Below, piece after piece: positions 15,370 to 30,340 of a stretch of DNA of 64,000 bases. The notes under the pieces were generated by a model that was not told the origin of the DNA, searched no databases, and was given only the letters and a program-made list of their open reading frames with translations. Positions within the stretch are counted from its first letter, which is position 1. Each line of letters starts with the position of its first letter. This DNA comes from the human T2T-CHM13v2.0 reference genome, Homo sapiens: assembly GCF_009914755.1 (NCBI RefSeq), contig NC_060928.1. One strand, written 5' to 3'. Made by a program: the position numbers and the translations under genes.

Positions 15370-15661
15370 GGTTCTGTTTTAGTTTTTTTCATAAAGTAAA
15401 CCTTCAATCTGCTTCTAAGATTATGGATTGAGGGCCACTTGGAAGCACAGGTAGAGTAGGATCTAACTGCTCCCTAAATGGACTTTCAACCACTTTCTTC
15501 TGCTTTTCTTCCCAATCTTCGACTCTGCTTTTAGAGATACAGGTGCATCCATTCCTGGCCATCCCTAGAATTTTGTGTACCAAATCTGAATTTTTGTTCG
15601 CTTGGCATTCTCCTCTGTTGTCATTTTAAATCTTAACTTTTCTACTCAGCTAGGTTATTTT

Positions 15662-15976
15662 GTTTTTGTTTTTGTTGTTGTTGTTGTTTGTATTTTAAGA
15701 CAGGGTCTTGCTGTTGCCCAGGCTGGAGTGTAGTGGTGTAATCTCAGCTCACTGAAGCCTTGACATCCTGGGCTCAAGTGATGCTCCCACCTCAGCCTCC
15801 TGAGTGGCTGCGACTAGAGGCGGGTGCCACCCCACTTAGCTAATTTCTGTATTTTTTGTAGAGATGGGGTTTTGCCATGTTGCCCAGGCTGGTTTTGAAC
15901 TCCTGGACTCAAGCAATCCTCCTGCCTTGGCCTCCCAAAGGGCTGGGATTACAGGTGTGAGCCACTGTGCCCAGCC
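15662..15976 (-). mobile_element. AluJ
   Basis: 'agacagggtcttgc', 'cctgggctcaagtgat', 'actcaagcaatcctcctg'; TSD TAGGTTA(T/G)TTT at 15651 and 15977. Confidence 0.92.
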
Positions 15977-16779
15977 TAGGTTAGTTTTAATCAATTGATT
16001 TCCATCTTCTCCAGTTTGGCTGGCATCTCTTTGATCTCTTTCTCTTTTTAGGTTGATGTTATGTAACATTTTTCATGGCATTTTGAGATGGAGCAAAGAC
16101 GAATGTATTATTTCATCTATTTTATGTAATTGGAAGTCTCTTAGTAATTCTATTTATTATTTTTATGTAAAAGTAGACATTGGCATTTTAGGGAACAAAA
16201 TGTAAAATTTAAGGTTTAAACTAATGTTTTGAGAAAAACAATTTCAGAGCTATTTTAAAGTTGAGTTGTGCCACTTCTTCTACCATCAGACCCCCAAGAG
16301 AATGAATTTGCTCCACTAATAGAGGTACACATGTGTGAGAATCCATTATGAGGCAAATTTTAGATAAATGCATTTGGATACAGGTTCTCACTGAGAAGGA
16401 ATCAGCAGGTCAGAAAAATCCCTCCTCTAGTTAACCGGAAACAGTCATGCTTTACAAAATCATATGTTTTCCACCAAGCATCCCATAAGATTTGAGGGTC
16501 ATAATACAAAATGATCAGAGTAATTAAAAGAGGGAAATAGCCATCCAGCTAAATTCCTATGAGCCCTGGTTCATATGAGAATCCTCACCCAGCTTATAGC
16601 TCACAGTTAAGAGCTAGCTCAACTTGGGGGGACTCTGGAGAAACTTATTTGCTTTTCTTGTCCTATAAGGTTGGACCGTAAAAGGTGTTTTGTTTCATGC
16701 TGTTTGCTTATTTTAATTGATAATAGCCAATGTTTGGAAGCACCTGGAAACTGGAACTCTAATAGCTGCTATTGGAATC

Positions 16780-16900
16780 TTTATTGGAAACAGTTCTTGG
16801 TTGCAAACAACATAATTCACTATAACTACTACAAGGAAAAAGAAAAAAAAGAATTTATTTAAGGTTACTAAGTATATTGCAAGTTATGTCTCTAGGACAA
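16780..16900 (-). mobile_element. Old MLT1-type LTR end fragment
   Basis: 'gttcttggttgcaaacaaca...aaagaatttatt' resembles old MLT1 termini. Confidence 0.4.
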
Positions 16901-18184
16901 TGTGAAAAGCTTAAGAAATGTGCAGGGGAAGAAACAAGGAAACATTTATCTATCAGCTCCTAGTTCCTATAGTGAAGATTTGGCTATGGAGTGTTAACTA
17001 TCTTGCACTACATGATTGCATGTGGGTGAGTGCAGAATGGGTTCCTGTGGTTCTCAGGAAAGCTTTGGGTAGGGGAGACCTAAAGGAAAAAGAAAGTCTG
17101 TGCTAATTGTTTTTAAAGGAAGAGTTTAGGATTGAAGGTTGAGAATGAAATACATAGAGCTTTGGGGAAGTTGCGAATAAGACTGATATTGAGAGGGAAA
17201 ATAATAGAGAAAGAGGGCTTTAAGAAATATCATTGTGGGTTATAAATGGATTTTCCTTTGACATCCTTTAAGAAATTCAAGAAAATATTGGAATTGCTTT
17301 TAATTACTTATAGTTCCAGGACTGTATTTACTTGAATGCTATAACTTGCAGAGACTGGAACACATGGGGCTCTAGTTTATAAACAGTTGTTAAAAGTACA
17401 AAGTACTCTTCAGTTAGTTAGAACGAGGTTCTTCAGTAAGAACACACCCATCTTCAGCCTCAATGGATTTCTGATATGAATTTTCTAATGGTTCTCAAAC
17501 ACCTGAATTGTATCACAAGTAGGACAACTTAAAAACAGTCTCTGGAGATTTGACTCAGGCTGTATTGTTTGAGAATGAGCTACGTTGAAAGTCACTTAAT
17601 CAGCCTTTAACCAATTGGGTGCTTATTCCATTTTTTTTCTCCTAACAATTCAGGAGACATCCACAGGACACTGGATTCTTTGGGAAATATCACCAAAAAA
17701 AGAAGGAAGATGTAAACATTTAGAAGAAAAATCTAGAGAATTTAAAATCATATAATGACATCTAGAAGTCTAGACCTACATAAAAGCTTACTTTCATCTT
17801 TGATCACCCAGACCATTGCAAAGAATTTGCAAGGAAGAGAACACGTAGACTCAGTGATTCAGGGGCCTGGAATCTCCCTTTCTCTTGAGAGAGCTAAGGG
17901 TTATGTCCATACATAACAATGAGGGGAAAACTAGGCACCCAGACTGACTTGTGGGATCAGGAAGATGTCCAAGGTCAGAGCAGGCAAGTCTGGAAAAATA
18001 AGGAAGGAATTAAAGGTCACAGCAGATAATGATCTGAGCCCAGAAAAATCAGATCAAACTGGAGTAACTGGAAGGCTCTGAAAAGTTGAAACAGAACACA
18101 TCTGGCCTTCAAGAGGTTGTATAATTCCAGGATGTGGCATTGGCCAGGAGAAATGATTCTAAGTTAGAAGTTTTAGAGAAATAC

Positions 18185-18352
18185 ATTATTTACCACTTAT
18201 TAGCTATATAACCTTGGACAAATCATTTAATCTCTATGAGCCCCTTCCTTTCATTGTAAAGTGAGAATAGTAAGGCTTATCTTCTTGTAAGGATTAACAT
18301 ATGCAAAATGTCTGGAATAGATCTTGATTGATAGGTGCTCAAAAATTAGATA
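18185..18352 (+). mobile_element. MIR
   Basis: 'accacttattagctatataaccttggacaaatcatttaatctctatgagcc...tgtaaagtgagaata...taggtgctca'. Confidence 0.8.
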
Positions 18353-20305
18353 ATTATTTCTAAGACTGAAGCTTTTTCACATCAGGAAACCTTGTGCCTG
18401 TCTCCATGTGCTTCTACTGTAATCTATTATGCTCTCAGTGCGGCTTCAGAGAAAGGATAAAGCTACTACCACCTCCCCTTCCCCCACCTCCTACCTTCAC
18501 CCTCTTCACATGCCTCTGACTCTTCTCTGCTAAACTCAAATAAAACATTTAGAGACATATGATGGCATCTGTATAGATGTGGCTCGGCTTGAAATTTCTT
18601 ACTGACCTTGACTGTAAGAGTGACCAGGATAGGGAAGAACCTCAAAATCATATCATATGAGGATTGAATTCACAGTGGAAAAAAACAGGGAAATTTCATT
18701 TGGAACAGAAATGATAAAAATCAAGGAATGTATGATAGCCATCATAAAATATTTGGTTCAATTTGGGTCTATTCTGGGGAAATAGTGATGTCTTTACCCC
18801 TGGGTGGCCACTTCTGGGGGATTTGAAAAGAGAGTCCTTACGTGAGAAAGAGTGAGACTCCAAGAATCTCCAAGGTCTCTTGACTTGAGAGTCTATGGTT
18901 TTAGGAGCACAGCTGGCCCACGTGGTGTGTGTGGCATGGGCAAAGGTGCTGAGTTCTTAGGAAGCAGCTCTGGGCATGGTCCAGCCTTCAGGCATGAGCC
19001 ATGCCACAAAATTTGCTCTTGGCATGCAGGGTTGTGGCCTTAGAATCCTTCTTACCATAATTCTCTCGGCGCTGTCTCAATGCATTTCCTTTCCATTCTT
19101 CTTTGTCACCAGTTGGCAATTACACGCTACAGAAAATGTACACAGAAGGGGTTTGTTTTGGTTACCATGTAGCAGGGTGGGAGGGAGCTACGGCTGGTGG
19201 CTGATTCTCTGGGGTGACTGGGCATGGGTTATGGGAATGGAGGATGATGTCCCTCATCGGTTCCCAGAGAGTTGCCTCACTAGCACCCTGGAGCCTGTGA
19301 ATAGTGTTTAAATCAATGGTCAAAGTGAAGAGGGCAGCTTAGTCCTCATTACTCCCCAGGACTAATTGACCTCTTCTGAAAAGGTACATTCTTGATTTGG
19401 TGAGACTCTTCCTCATCCGGAAAGGCAAGTGAAGCAAAAAGATCTAATGTGAAAGGGTGGGGGTGAGGGGTCAAGGGTGGCATTGAAGGGAGGGAAAGGT
19501 GCAGAGCATTCACTAAATCATTTCCACCAGAACAGAGGAGAACAAAGGCATCACCATCCTGAGAGTGTTTGTGAAGGACTCATACAGACCGAACACTGCG
19601 CAGAGCCTGATGACCTTTTCCTGCCCTGGAGATTCTCAGTTTTGTCATTTTGATGAATCTCTAAGTTGTGTTCACTGTGAGTACCTCTGATAGCAAGTAA
19701 GCAATTTAACATAAAAGGTCCTTTGAAAGAAATGCATCAAAATTGAGTCAGGCTCAGTGCTGCTCCAAAGCATGCCATTTATTTTTAATTGTTCCCCCCA
19801 TCCATCTCAGCTATTAAGAATGAAAGAGAGAAGGGAGAAAATAAAATGAAATTAAAAGAAGCAAGACACAAAAATGAAGTTTGATTTCTTTCTGAATCCT
19901 CTATTGGTGATATAAAGCTCAGATATTTATGCTACCATCCCGTAAGAGCCAAAACATTCATTCAGTTTGTGGGAATCAAATCTCAGAGAAGTCATGTTGA
20001 ATATTCAATTTGATGCCTCCCGAGAGAGTGTATATTTAAGAATACAGAGCACCATAAGAACATGAGTTCCAAATAAAAAGCATAATGTTGCCATCCACTG
20101 ACAAGTTTGTTCTTTGATCAGTGTGATGTTAATAATACCAAAGAAGCATTGAGAATCCATTAGTCTGCAATTTGATGGAAATTCCACCCACAGGCTCTCC
20201 AGGAAACCTTACATTTACAGCTTGTTTCTAGGTCTTTCTCTCTCTTTCTTTAGTCAGGACTTTGGTTCCTAAGAGTTTTTGAGAAATAAAATTGACACTG
20301 TTTAG

Positions 20306-20510
20306 GTACACTGGCTATTTAGATAGTCACTAGCCTTGCATGGTTATTTAAATTTAAATTCACATATTTAAATAAAATTAAAACTTAGTTTCTTAGTCAT
20401 ACTAGTCACCTTTCAAGTGCTCAGTAGCTGCATGTGGAGTGGCTACCTTATTGAAAGTTACAGATATAGAGCATTTCCATTATCATAGAAAGTCCTATTA
20501 GACAGTACTG
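20306..20510 (-). mobile_element. MER3 (hAT-Charlie MITE)
   Basis: 'tatttaaatttaaatt...tttcaagtgctcagtagctgcatgtg...atttccattatcatagaaagtcctattagacagtactg' matches the reverse complement of MER3; ~205 bp. Confidence 0.85.
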
Positions 20511-21135
20511 ACCTGTAGCCTTGTTTATAGAAATGTGGGTCTTTGAAATGTAGTTCCTCACCATAGGAGAAGCATGTTGTCATCTAAATCCCTAAAGTGG
20601 AAATCTAATGGACATATTGACACTTCATTTTACTTTCCTTTTTAGAGAGAGGTCATCAATGAATAAGGATGGCTTCTCCCATAATCTTTAGTTAATGGTA
20701 ACCAAGGACGCAAGCAACAATAACAAAAATCCCTCACCATTGTATAAATGGCATGGTCTTTCTGCTACTTAGAAGAAAAGACCCCCATGGCTGTGCGATT
20801 TTATTTCCTTGGCTCTTTTAAAAATTATTTTAAAATGTTCGTTTTTATTTGACACACAATAATTGTACATATTTATGAGGTACAATGTTACACTTCAATA
20901 CATGGATATGTTATGTAATGATCAAATCAGGGAAATAAGCATTTCTATCACCTCAAACATTTATCAGTTCTTTGTAGTGAGGAATATTCAAATTCCTGTC
21001 TTCTCGCTATTTTGAAATATACAATACATTATTATTAACTATAGTCACCACACTGTGCATTAAAATACCAGAACTTATTTCTCCTATCATTCATGTTGTT
21101 GCACACACACACACACCTTCAACACACACACCACA

Positions 21136-21637
<502 letters not shown>

Positions 21638-23566
21638 TAGGTTGATTCCATATCTTGATTATTGTGAACTGTGTTGCGATAAACATAGGAGTGCAGATAG
21701 CTCTTCAATATACTGATTTCATTTTCTTTGGATATATACCCAGTAGTGAGATTGCTGGATCATGAACATGTGATAGTTCTATTTTTAATTTTGGGGGAAA
21801 CCTCCTACTATTTTCCATAATGTCTAATTTATATTCCCAACAACAGTTCCTTTTCTCCACATCTTTGCCAACACTAGTTATTTCTTGACTTTTTTGACAA
21901 TAGCCATTCATACTAGAGTGAGGTGTTAGCTTGTGGTTTTGATTTGCATGTCCCTGATGATTAGTGATGTTGAGCATTTTTTCATATACTTGTTGACAAT
22001 TTTATGTCTTTTTTTAAGAAATGTTTATTCAGGTCTTCTGCCCATTTTTAATTGAGTTATTTATTATTCTGCTATTGAGTTGTTTGAGCTCCTTATATAT
22101 TTTAGATATTGGTCCCTTATTGGATGTACAGTTTGCAAATATGTTTTTGCATGTCATAGGGTGTCTCTTCACTCTGTTGATTGTTTCTCTTGCTGTGCAG
22201 AAGCTTTTTAGTTTTATGTAATTCCACTTGTCTATTATTGCTTTTGCTGGCTGTGCTTTTGAGATCTTATTCAAAAAATCGTAGCTTAGACCAATGTCAT
22301 GGAGATTTTTCCTTATTTTTTCTTCTATCAGTTTCGTAGTATTGGGCCTTACATTTAAGTCTTTAATCCATCTTGAGTTTATTTTTGTTTATGGTGAGAA
22401 ATAAGAGTCTAATTTTATTCTTCCGTATGTGGATATCCAGTTTCCCCAAGTCCATTTATTAAAGAGACTGTCTTTTCCTTATTGTGTGCTCTTGACACCT
22501 CTGTTGAAAATCAACTGGCTGTACATGCGTGGCTTTATTTCTGAGGTCTCTTTTCTGTTCCATTGGTCTATGTGTCTGTTTTTATACCAGTACCATGTTG
22601 CTTTGGTTATTATAGGTTTGTAGTACAATTTGAAGTCAGGTGGTGTGATGTCTTGAGCACTGTTTTTTTTAAAATGCAAGTCTGCTATGTCTATTTGGAG
22701 TCTTTTTTTTTGGTTCCATGCAAACTTTGTGATTGTTTTTTCTATTTCTATGAAAAATGTCACTGGTATTTTGATAGGGGTGGCATTGAATCTGCAGATT
22801 GCTTTGGGTAATATGGACATTTTAACAATATTTATTCTTCCATCCATGAACATAGACTATCTTTCCATTTATTTGTGTCTTTTTCAATGTATTCAATCAA
22901 TGTTTTATAGTTTTCAGTGTTGCAATCTCTCATCTCCTTAGTTAAATTTATTACAAGCTGCTTTATTTTTTGTAGCTGCCATAAATGGGATTGTGTCCTT
23001 GACTTCTTTTTTCTCCAGAAAATGTGCCATTAGTGTATAGAAATGCTATTGATTTTTGTATGTTGATTTTGTATATTTCTACTTTGCTAAATTTATTTAT
23101 TAGATCTATCAGTTTTTTTGGTGGAGTCTTTAGGGTTTTCTACATATAACATCACATTGTCCACAAAGACAGACAATATAACTTTTTCCTTTCTAATTTG
23201 GTTGTCTTTTGTTTCTTTCTCTTGTATGATTCCTCTTGCTAGGACTTCTAGTACTATCTTGAGTACAAGTGGGGAGAGTGGGCATCCTTGTCTTGGTTCC
23301 AGTTCTTAAGGGAAAAGCTTTCAACTTTTTCCCATTCATTATGATGTTAGCTGTGGGTAAGTCATATAAGGCCTCTATTGTGTTGAGCTACATTCCTTCT
23401 ATACCTAATTTGTTGGGAGTTTTTATTACAAAAGGATGTTGAATTTTGTCATATGTTTTTCTGTATCTACGGAAATGACCACATGGGTTTTGTTCTTTAT
23501 TCTGTTGATGTGATGTATCACATTTATTGATATGTGTATGTTGAACCATCCTCTCATCCCTGTTAA

Positions 23567-23892
<326 letters not shown>

Positions 23893-24183
23893 CCCCAACC
23901 CCCACTTTATTTTTAAAGACTGAAAGTTTTATTGCACTCTTAGCAGTACTGGTTATTAGCATTTATTTTCATTCTTTGTCAATCTGATGAGGGAGGGGTC
24001 TCTTTCTGTAATTTAATTAGGTAAAGTTGAATTTTTGCTCACATATTCATAGGAATAACTTTACTACCTTAAGGACTGGTAATTGCCTTTTAATTAAGAA
24101 GTAATATTGCATTTAGTTGTTTTTTTCAGAATACATATAGCTTTGTTTTTATTTATTTACTTATTTTTAATTTGCTTTCAGAG

Positions 24184-27100
24184 TTTTTTTTTCTATAGGT
24201 TATTAGGGTACAGGTGGTATTTGGTTACATGAGTAAGTTCTTTAGTGGTGATTTGTGAGAGCTTGGTGCACCCATCACCCAAGCAGTATACAGTGTGCCC
24301 TATTTGTAGTCTTTTATCCCTCACCCCCTTCCCACCTTTTCCCCTAGTCCCCAAATTTCATTGTATTATTTTTATGCCTTTGTGTTCTCATAGCTTAGCT
24401 CCCATGTATTGCTGAGAACATACGATGTTTGGTTGTCCATTCCTGTGTTACTTCACTTAGAATAATAGTCTCCAATCTCATCCAGGTGGCTGCAAATGCC
24501 GTTAATTCATTCCCTTTTATGGCTGAGTAGTATCCCATTGTGTATATATATATACCACAGTTTCTTTATCTACTCATTGATTGATGGACATTTGGGTTGG
24601 TTCCACGATTTTGCAATTGCAAATGGTGCTGCTATAAACATGTGTGTGCAAGTATCTTTTTCGTATAATGACTTCTTTTCCTATGGGTATATACTCAGTA
24701 GTGGGATTGCTGGATCAAATGGTAGTTCTACTTTTAGCTCTTTAAGGAATATCCACACTGGTTTCTATAGTGGCTGTACTAGTTTACATTCCCAGCAGCA
24801 GAGTAGATATGTTCCCTGATCACTGCATCCATGCCAATGTCTACTGCTTTTTTATTTTTTTGATTATGATGACCATTCTTGTAGGATTAAGGTGGTATTG
24901 CACTGTGGTTTTCATTTGCATTTCCCTGATCATTAGTGATGTTGAGGATTTTTTCATATGTTTGTTGGCCATTTGCATATCTTCTTTTGAGAGTTGTCTA
25001 TTCATGTTCTTAGAGTACTTTTTGATGGGTTTGTTTGTTTTTTTCTTACTGATTTGTTTGACTCCGTTGTAGATTCTGGATATTAGTCCTTTGGTCATAT
25101 TTATAGATTGTGAAGATTTTCTCCCACTCTGTGGGCTGTCTGTTTACTGCTGATTATTTCTTTTGTTGTGCCGAAGCTTTTTAGTTTAATGGTTCTGTCT
25201 ATTTATCTTTGTTTTTGTTGCATTTGCTTTGGGTTCTTGGTCATGAAGTCTTTGCATAAGCCAATATCTAGGAGGGGTTTTCCAATGTTATCTGCTAGAA
25301 TTTTTATAGTTTCAGGTCTTAGATTTAAGTCTTTGATCTATCTTGAGTTGATTTTTGTATAGAGTGAGAGATGAGGATCCAGTTCCATTCTTCTACATGT
25401 GGTTTGCCAACTATCCCAGCACCATTTGTTGAATAGGGTGTCCTTCCTCCACTTTATATTTTTGTTTGCGTTGTCGAAAATCAGTTGACTGTAAGTATTT
25501 GGCTTGATTTCTGGGTTCTCTATTCTGTTCCATTGGTCTATATTCCTGTTTTAATACCAGTACCATGCTGGTTTGGTGACTATGGGCTTATAGTACAGTT
25601 TGAAGTCAGTTAATGTAATGCCTCCAGATTTGTTCTTTTTGCTTAGTCTTGCTTTGGCTATGTGGGCTCTTTTTTGTTTCCATATGAATTTTAGGATTGT
25701 TTTTTCTAATTCTGTGAAGAATGGTGGTGGTATTTTGATGGGGTTTGCACTTAATTTGTAGATTGTTTTTGGCAGTATGGTCATTTTCACAATATTGATT
25801 CTACCCATCCAGGAACATGGGATGTGTTTGCATTTGTTTGTGTCATCTATGATTTCTTTCAGGAGTGTTTTGTAGTTTCCTGGTAGAGATTTTTCATGTC
25901 CTTGGTTAGGTATATTCTTAAGTATTTTATTTTATTTTTTCAGCTATTGTAAAAGAGTTGAGTTCTTGATTTGATTCTCAGCTTGGTCACCGTTGGTGTA
26001 TAGAAGAGCTACTGATTTGTATACATTAATCTTGTATCCTAAAACTTTGCTGAATTTTTTTTTTATCAGTTCTAGAATCTCTATGGAGGAGTCATTAGGG
26101 TTTTTGAGATAAATGATTATATCATAATCAAACAGTGACAGTTTGACTTCCCCTATACCGATTTGGGTGCCTTCCATTTCTTTCTCTTGTCTGATTGCTC
26201 TGGCTAAGACTTCCAGTGCTATGTTGAAGAGGAGTGGTGAGAGTGGGCATCCTTGCTTTGTTCCAGTTCTCAGAGGGAATGCTTTCAACTTTTCCCCTTT
26301 CAGTATTATGTTGGCTGTGGGTTTGTCATAGATGGCTTTTATTACATTGAGGTATGTCCCTTGTATGGCAATTTTGCTAAGAGTTTTAATCCTAAAGGGG
26401 TGCTGGATTTTGTTGAATGCTTTTTCTGTATCTATTGGGATGGTCATGTAATTTTTGTTTTTAATCCTGTTTATATGGTGTATCACATTTATTGACTTGC
26501 ATATGTTAAACCATCCCTGCATTCCTGATATGAAACCTACTTGATCATGTGGATTATCTTTTTGATATGTTGTTGGATTTGGTTAGCTAGTATTTTGTTA
26601 AAGATTTTAGCATCTACCTCCATCAGGAAAATTGTTCTGTAGTTTCCTTTTTTGGTTATGTCCTTTCATGGTTTTGGTATTAGGGTAATGATGGCTTCAT
26701 ATAATGAATTAGGGAGGGTTCCCTCTTTCTCTTATCTTGTGGAATAGTGTCAAAAGGATGGATACCAGTTTTTCTTTGAATGTCTGGCAGAATTCTGCTG
26801 TGAATCCCTCTGGTCCTGGAATTTTTTTGTTGGTAATTTTAAAATTGGAGATCATGTCTTTGAGCTCTGCATTTCTTTCTTCTACTTGTTCAATTCTATT
26901 GCCAAGACTTTCCAGAGCATTTTGCATTTCTATAAGTGTCTCCAATATTTCCTGAAGTTTTGATTGGTTTTTCTTTATGCTACCTGTTTCCTTGAATATT
27001 TCTCCCTTCACTTCTTGTATCATTTTTTGGATTTCTTTGCATTGGGCTTCACCTTCTTCTGGTGCCTTCCTGATTAGCTTAATAACTAACCTCCTGATTT

Positions 27101-28657
27101 CTTTTTTCAGGTAAATCAGGGATTTCCACTTGGCTTGGTTCCAGTGCTGGTTAGCTAGTGAGATTTTTTTGGGGGTGCTAAAGAGCCTTGTTTTGTCATA
27201 TTACGAGAGCTGGTTTTCTGGTTCCTTCTTATTTGTGTAGACTCTGTCAGAGGGAAGGTCTAGGGCTGAAGGCTGTTGTTCAGATCCTTTTGTCCCATGG
27301 GGTGTTCCCTTGATATAGTACTCTTGCCCTTTTCCTATGGATGTGGCTTCCTGTGAAGCAAGCTGCAGTGATTGTTATCTGTCTTGTGGGTCTAGCCATC
27401 CAGCAAGTCTACCTGGCTCCAGGCTGGTACTGGGGGTCATCTGCACAGAGTCCTGTGATGTGAACCATTTATGGGTCTCTCAGCCATGGATACCAACACC
27501 TGTTCTGGTGGAGGTGGCAGGGCGGTGAAATTGACTCTATGAGGGTTCTTAGCTTTGGTGGTTTAATGTTCTGTTTTTGTGCTGGTTGGCCTTCTGCTGG
27601 GAGATGGTGCTTTCCAGACAGCATCAGCTGTGGTAGTATAGGGAGGAACTGGTGGTAGGCAGGGCCCTAGAACTCCCAAAAGTATATGCCGTTTGTCTTC
27701 AGCTACCAGGGTGGATAGGGAAGGCTCATGATGTGGGGGCAGGGCTAGGCATTTCTGAGCTCAGACTCTCCTTGGGTGGGTCTTGCTGTGGCTGCTGTGG
27801 GGGATGGGGGTGAGGTTCTCAAATCAATGGAGTTGTGTACCTAGGAGGATTATGGCTACCTCTGCTGTGTCATGCAAGTTGTCAGGGAAGTTGGGGAAAG
27901 CCGGCAGTTACAGGCCTTACCCAGCTGCCATGCAATCTGATGGTCTGGTCTCACTCCCACCGTGCCCCCCATAACAGCCCTGAGTCTGTTTCCAGGCAGC
28001 GGGTGAGCCAGGCTTGAGAGCTTGCCCCAGGCTACCCACCTCCCACTGCGAAAGAACAGGACTTTGGTTCTTCCACAAGAACAGAACTTGTGGAGTCTGC
28101 ACACTGGATTCACTCCCTCCCTGACACCAAGTTCTGGCAAGGAGGCTTCTCACCTGGTTCCAATTATTACAGAGTTCAGCTAGTGACTTCCTTTTTCCTG
28201 TAGCATTTTTCTCCATGCCTCTGGCTGTCCTCCTGAAGGGTCCCTGTGGTACCAGGCAGGAATGGCCTGCTTGGGGACCCAGTGAGCTTTCATGGTCTTT
28301 CCTGCTGCTTTCTCTACCCCTGTGTTTTGCTCGGTTCTCTAATTTGACTCAGCTTCAGGTAAGGTTGGAAACTTGTCCCACAAACTAGATCTTTATTTTC
28401 TCCAGTGGGGGTGTGTGTTTGGGAGTGGAGGGTCTCCCTTTCCTACTTCCAAAGTTTGGGGTACTCACAGTAGTTGGGGTGTCTCCCGGGTCCTACAGGA
28501 GCAGTCTGCTTCCTTCAGAAGGTCTGTGGGTCCTCTTGGGATTCCTGTTTTGTTCTTGCAGTCATTCTGGAGCTAAAATTCATGATTTAAGCCTCCACAC
28601 ACTGCTCTGTCTGAGTCAGAGCTACAATCTAGTCCTGCCTCCCATCCACCATGATGA
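24184..28657 (-). mobile_element. L1PB1/L1PBa-type LINE-1 with both ends present and an internal deletion
   Basis: 3' end 'ggtacaggtggtatttggttacatgagtaagttctttagtggtgatttgtgaga'; 5' end ATCATGGTGGATGGGAGGCAGGACTAGATTG (minus strand); ORF2 jumps to ORF1 at ~26846. Confidence 0.9.
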
Positions 28658-29751
28658 TCTGTGGAAAACCTTTCTGATGTACCATTGAATTTGGCTTGTT
28701 AGGATTTTGTTGAGGATTTTTGCATGTGAGTTCATCATAAATATTCATTTGCAGTTTTCCTTTTTAGTGTGTATCTTTGTCAGGTTTGGCATCAAACTTA
28801 TTCATAGGATAAATTTGGAAGTATTCCATCCTCTTCAATTTTTTGGAATAGTTTAAGAAGAATTGGCATTAGTTCTTCTTTACATGTTTTGTAGAATCTA
28901 GCAGTGAAGCAGTCAGGTTCTGGGTGGAAACTTTGATAGAAGACATTTTATAGTATTATTACTGGTTCAATCTCCTCACTAACTATTGATCTTTTCAGAT
29001 TTTTTATTTCTTCATGATTCAATTTTGGTATATGGTATGTGTATTTATTAATTTCTTCTAGATTATCGAGTTTGTTGGTGTATAATTGCTTATAATAGTC
29101 TCATGATTTTTTGCATTTCTGTGGTATCAGCTGTAATGTCTTCTTTTTCATCTTTGATTTTATTGAGTCTTTTCTTTAGCAGTCTTCTTAGTCTGGCTAA
29201 AGGTTTGTCAATTTTATCTTTCCACAAAGCCAACCCTTTGTTTCACTGATCTTTGTATTGCTTTTTAAATCTCTATTTCTGCTCGTTTTTATTAATTTTT
29301 CTTTCTACTAACCTTGGGTTGAATTTGTTCTGGTTCCTTGAGATACAGTATTAGATTGTTTATTTGAGGTCTTTCTTCTTTCTTGATGTAGGTGTTTGTT
29401 GCTATAAACTTCCCTCTTAGGACTGCTTTTGCCGTATCCTATAGTTTTTCATATGATGCATTTCCATTTTAATTTGCCTCAAGGAATTTTAAAATTTCTC
29501 TCTTAATTTCTTCTTCTACCCATTGGGTATTCAATAGTGCATTGTCTCGTTTCCATGTACTTGTAAATTTTCCAAATTTCCTCCTGTCATTGATTTCCAG
29601 TTTTATACCATTTTGGTATGGTTCAAATCTTCTTTAGTTTGTTAAGATTAAGTTTGTGACCTAACATATGATCTATCCTGGAGAAAGTTCCATGGGCAAT
29701 TGAGAGGAATGTGTATTCAGTGGCTGTTAGATGAACTGTTCTGTAAATGTC

Positions 29752-30095
29752 TCTCTCCATTTCTATTCAACATTGTCCTAGGGGGTCTAGTCAGTGCAAC
29801 AAGGCAAGAAAAGGAAATAAAAGAAATACAATTTGGAAAGTAAGCAATAAAACTCTTTCAGATGACATGATTGCTTACATTGAAAATCTCAATCTAGAAT
29901 AATGCTATTAGATCCAATAAGTGAATTTAACTGGATTGCAGCATACAAATTCATTATATTAAAATCAACTGTACTTCTGTATACTAGCAATGAGTAATTT
30001 GAAATTGAAATAAAAACTTTAAAAAGAGCTTGCTAAGTTTCTTATAAGGTTGAATACACTTATCATAAGACTTAGCAATCCTACTCCTAGATTTT
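29752..30095 (+). mobile_element. Older L1M ORF2 fragment in + orientation
   Basis: 'ctattcaacattgtccta...aaggcaagaaaaggaaataaaag...cagatgacatgattg' (RT region), heavily decayed. Confidence 0.75.
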
Positions 30096-30164
30096 ACCTG
30101 TCCCCTCCTTCCTCCACCTGTTTGTATTTCTTCAATCTCTGGTGCTAGAGGGCTGCGTTCCAGT

Positions 30165-30340
30165 CTTGCTTAGCATTTCTTAGCTGCGTGACTGGACCAG
30201 TTTCAAACTCCTGCCTAAAATGAGGAGAACCACAGGACTTACTGCACTGGAGAGTTGTGAGGATTAAATGAGTTACCTCAGGTGAAGGGCCCAGAGAGGA
30301 TTCTGAATATGGTGTCACCCAATACATGTTAGTTTTATGG
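30165..30340 (+). mobile_element. MIR
   Basis: 'tagctgcgtgact...taaaatgagga...gttgtgaggattaaatgag'. Confidence 0.75.

Noticed and set aside
29752-30095. Twin-priming inversion of the adjacent L1MA
   Set aside because: It repeats RT sequence already present in the L1MA (~23150-23280) and is more decayed, so it is probably an independent older fragment.
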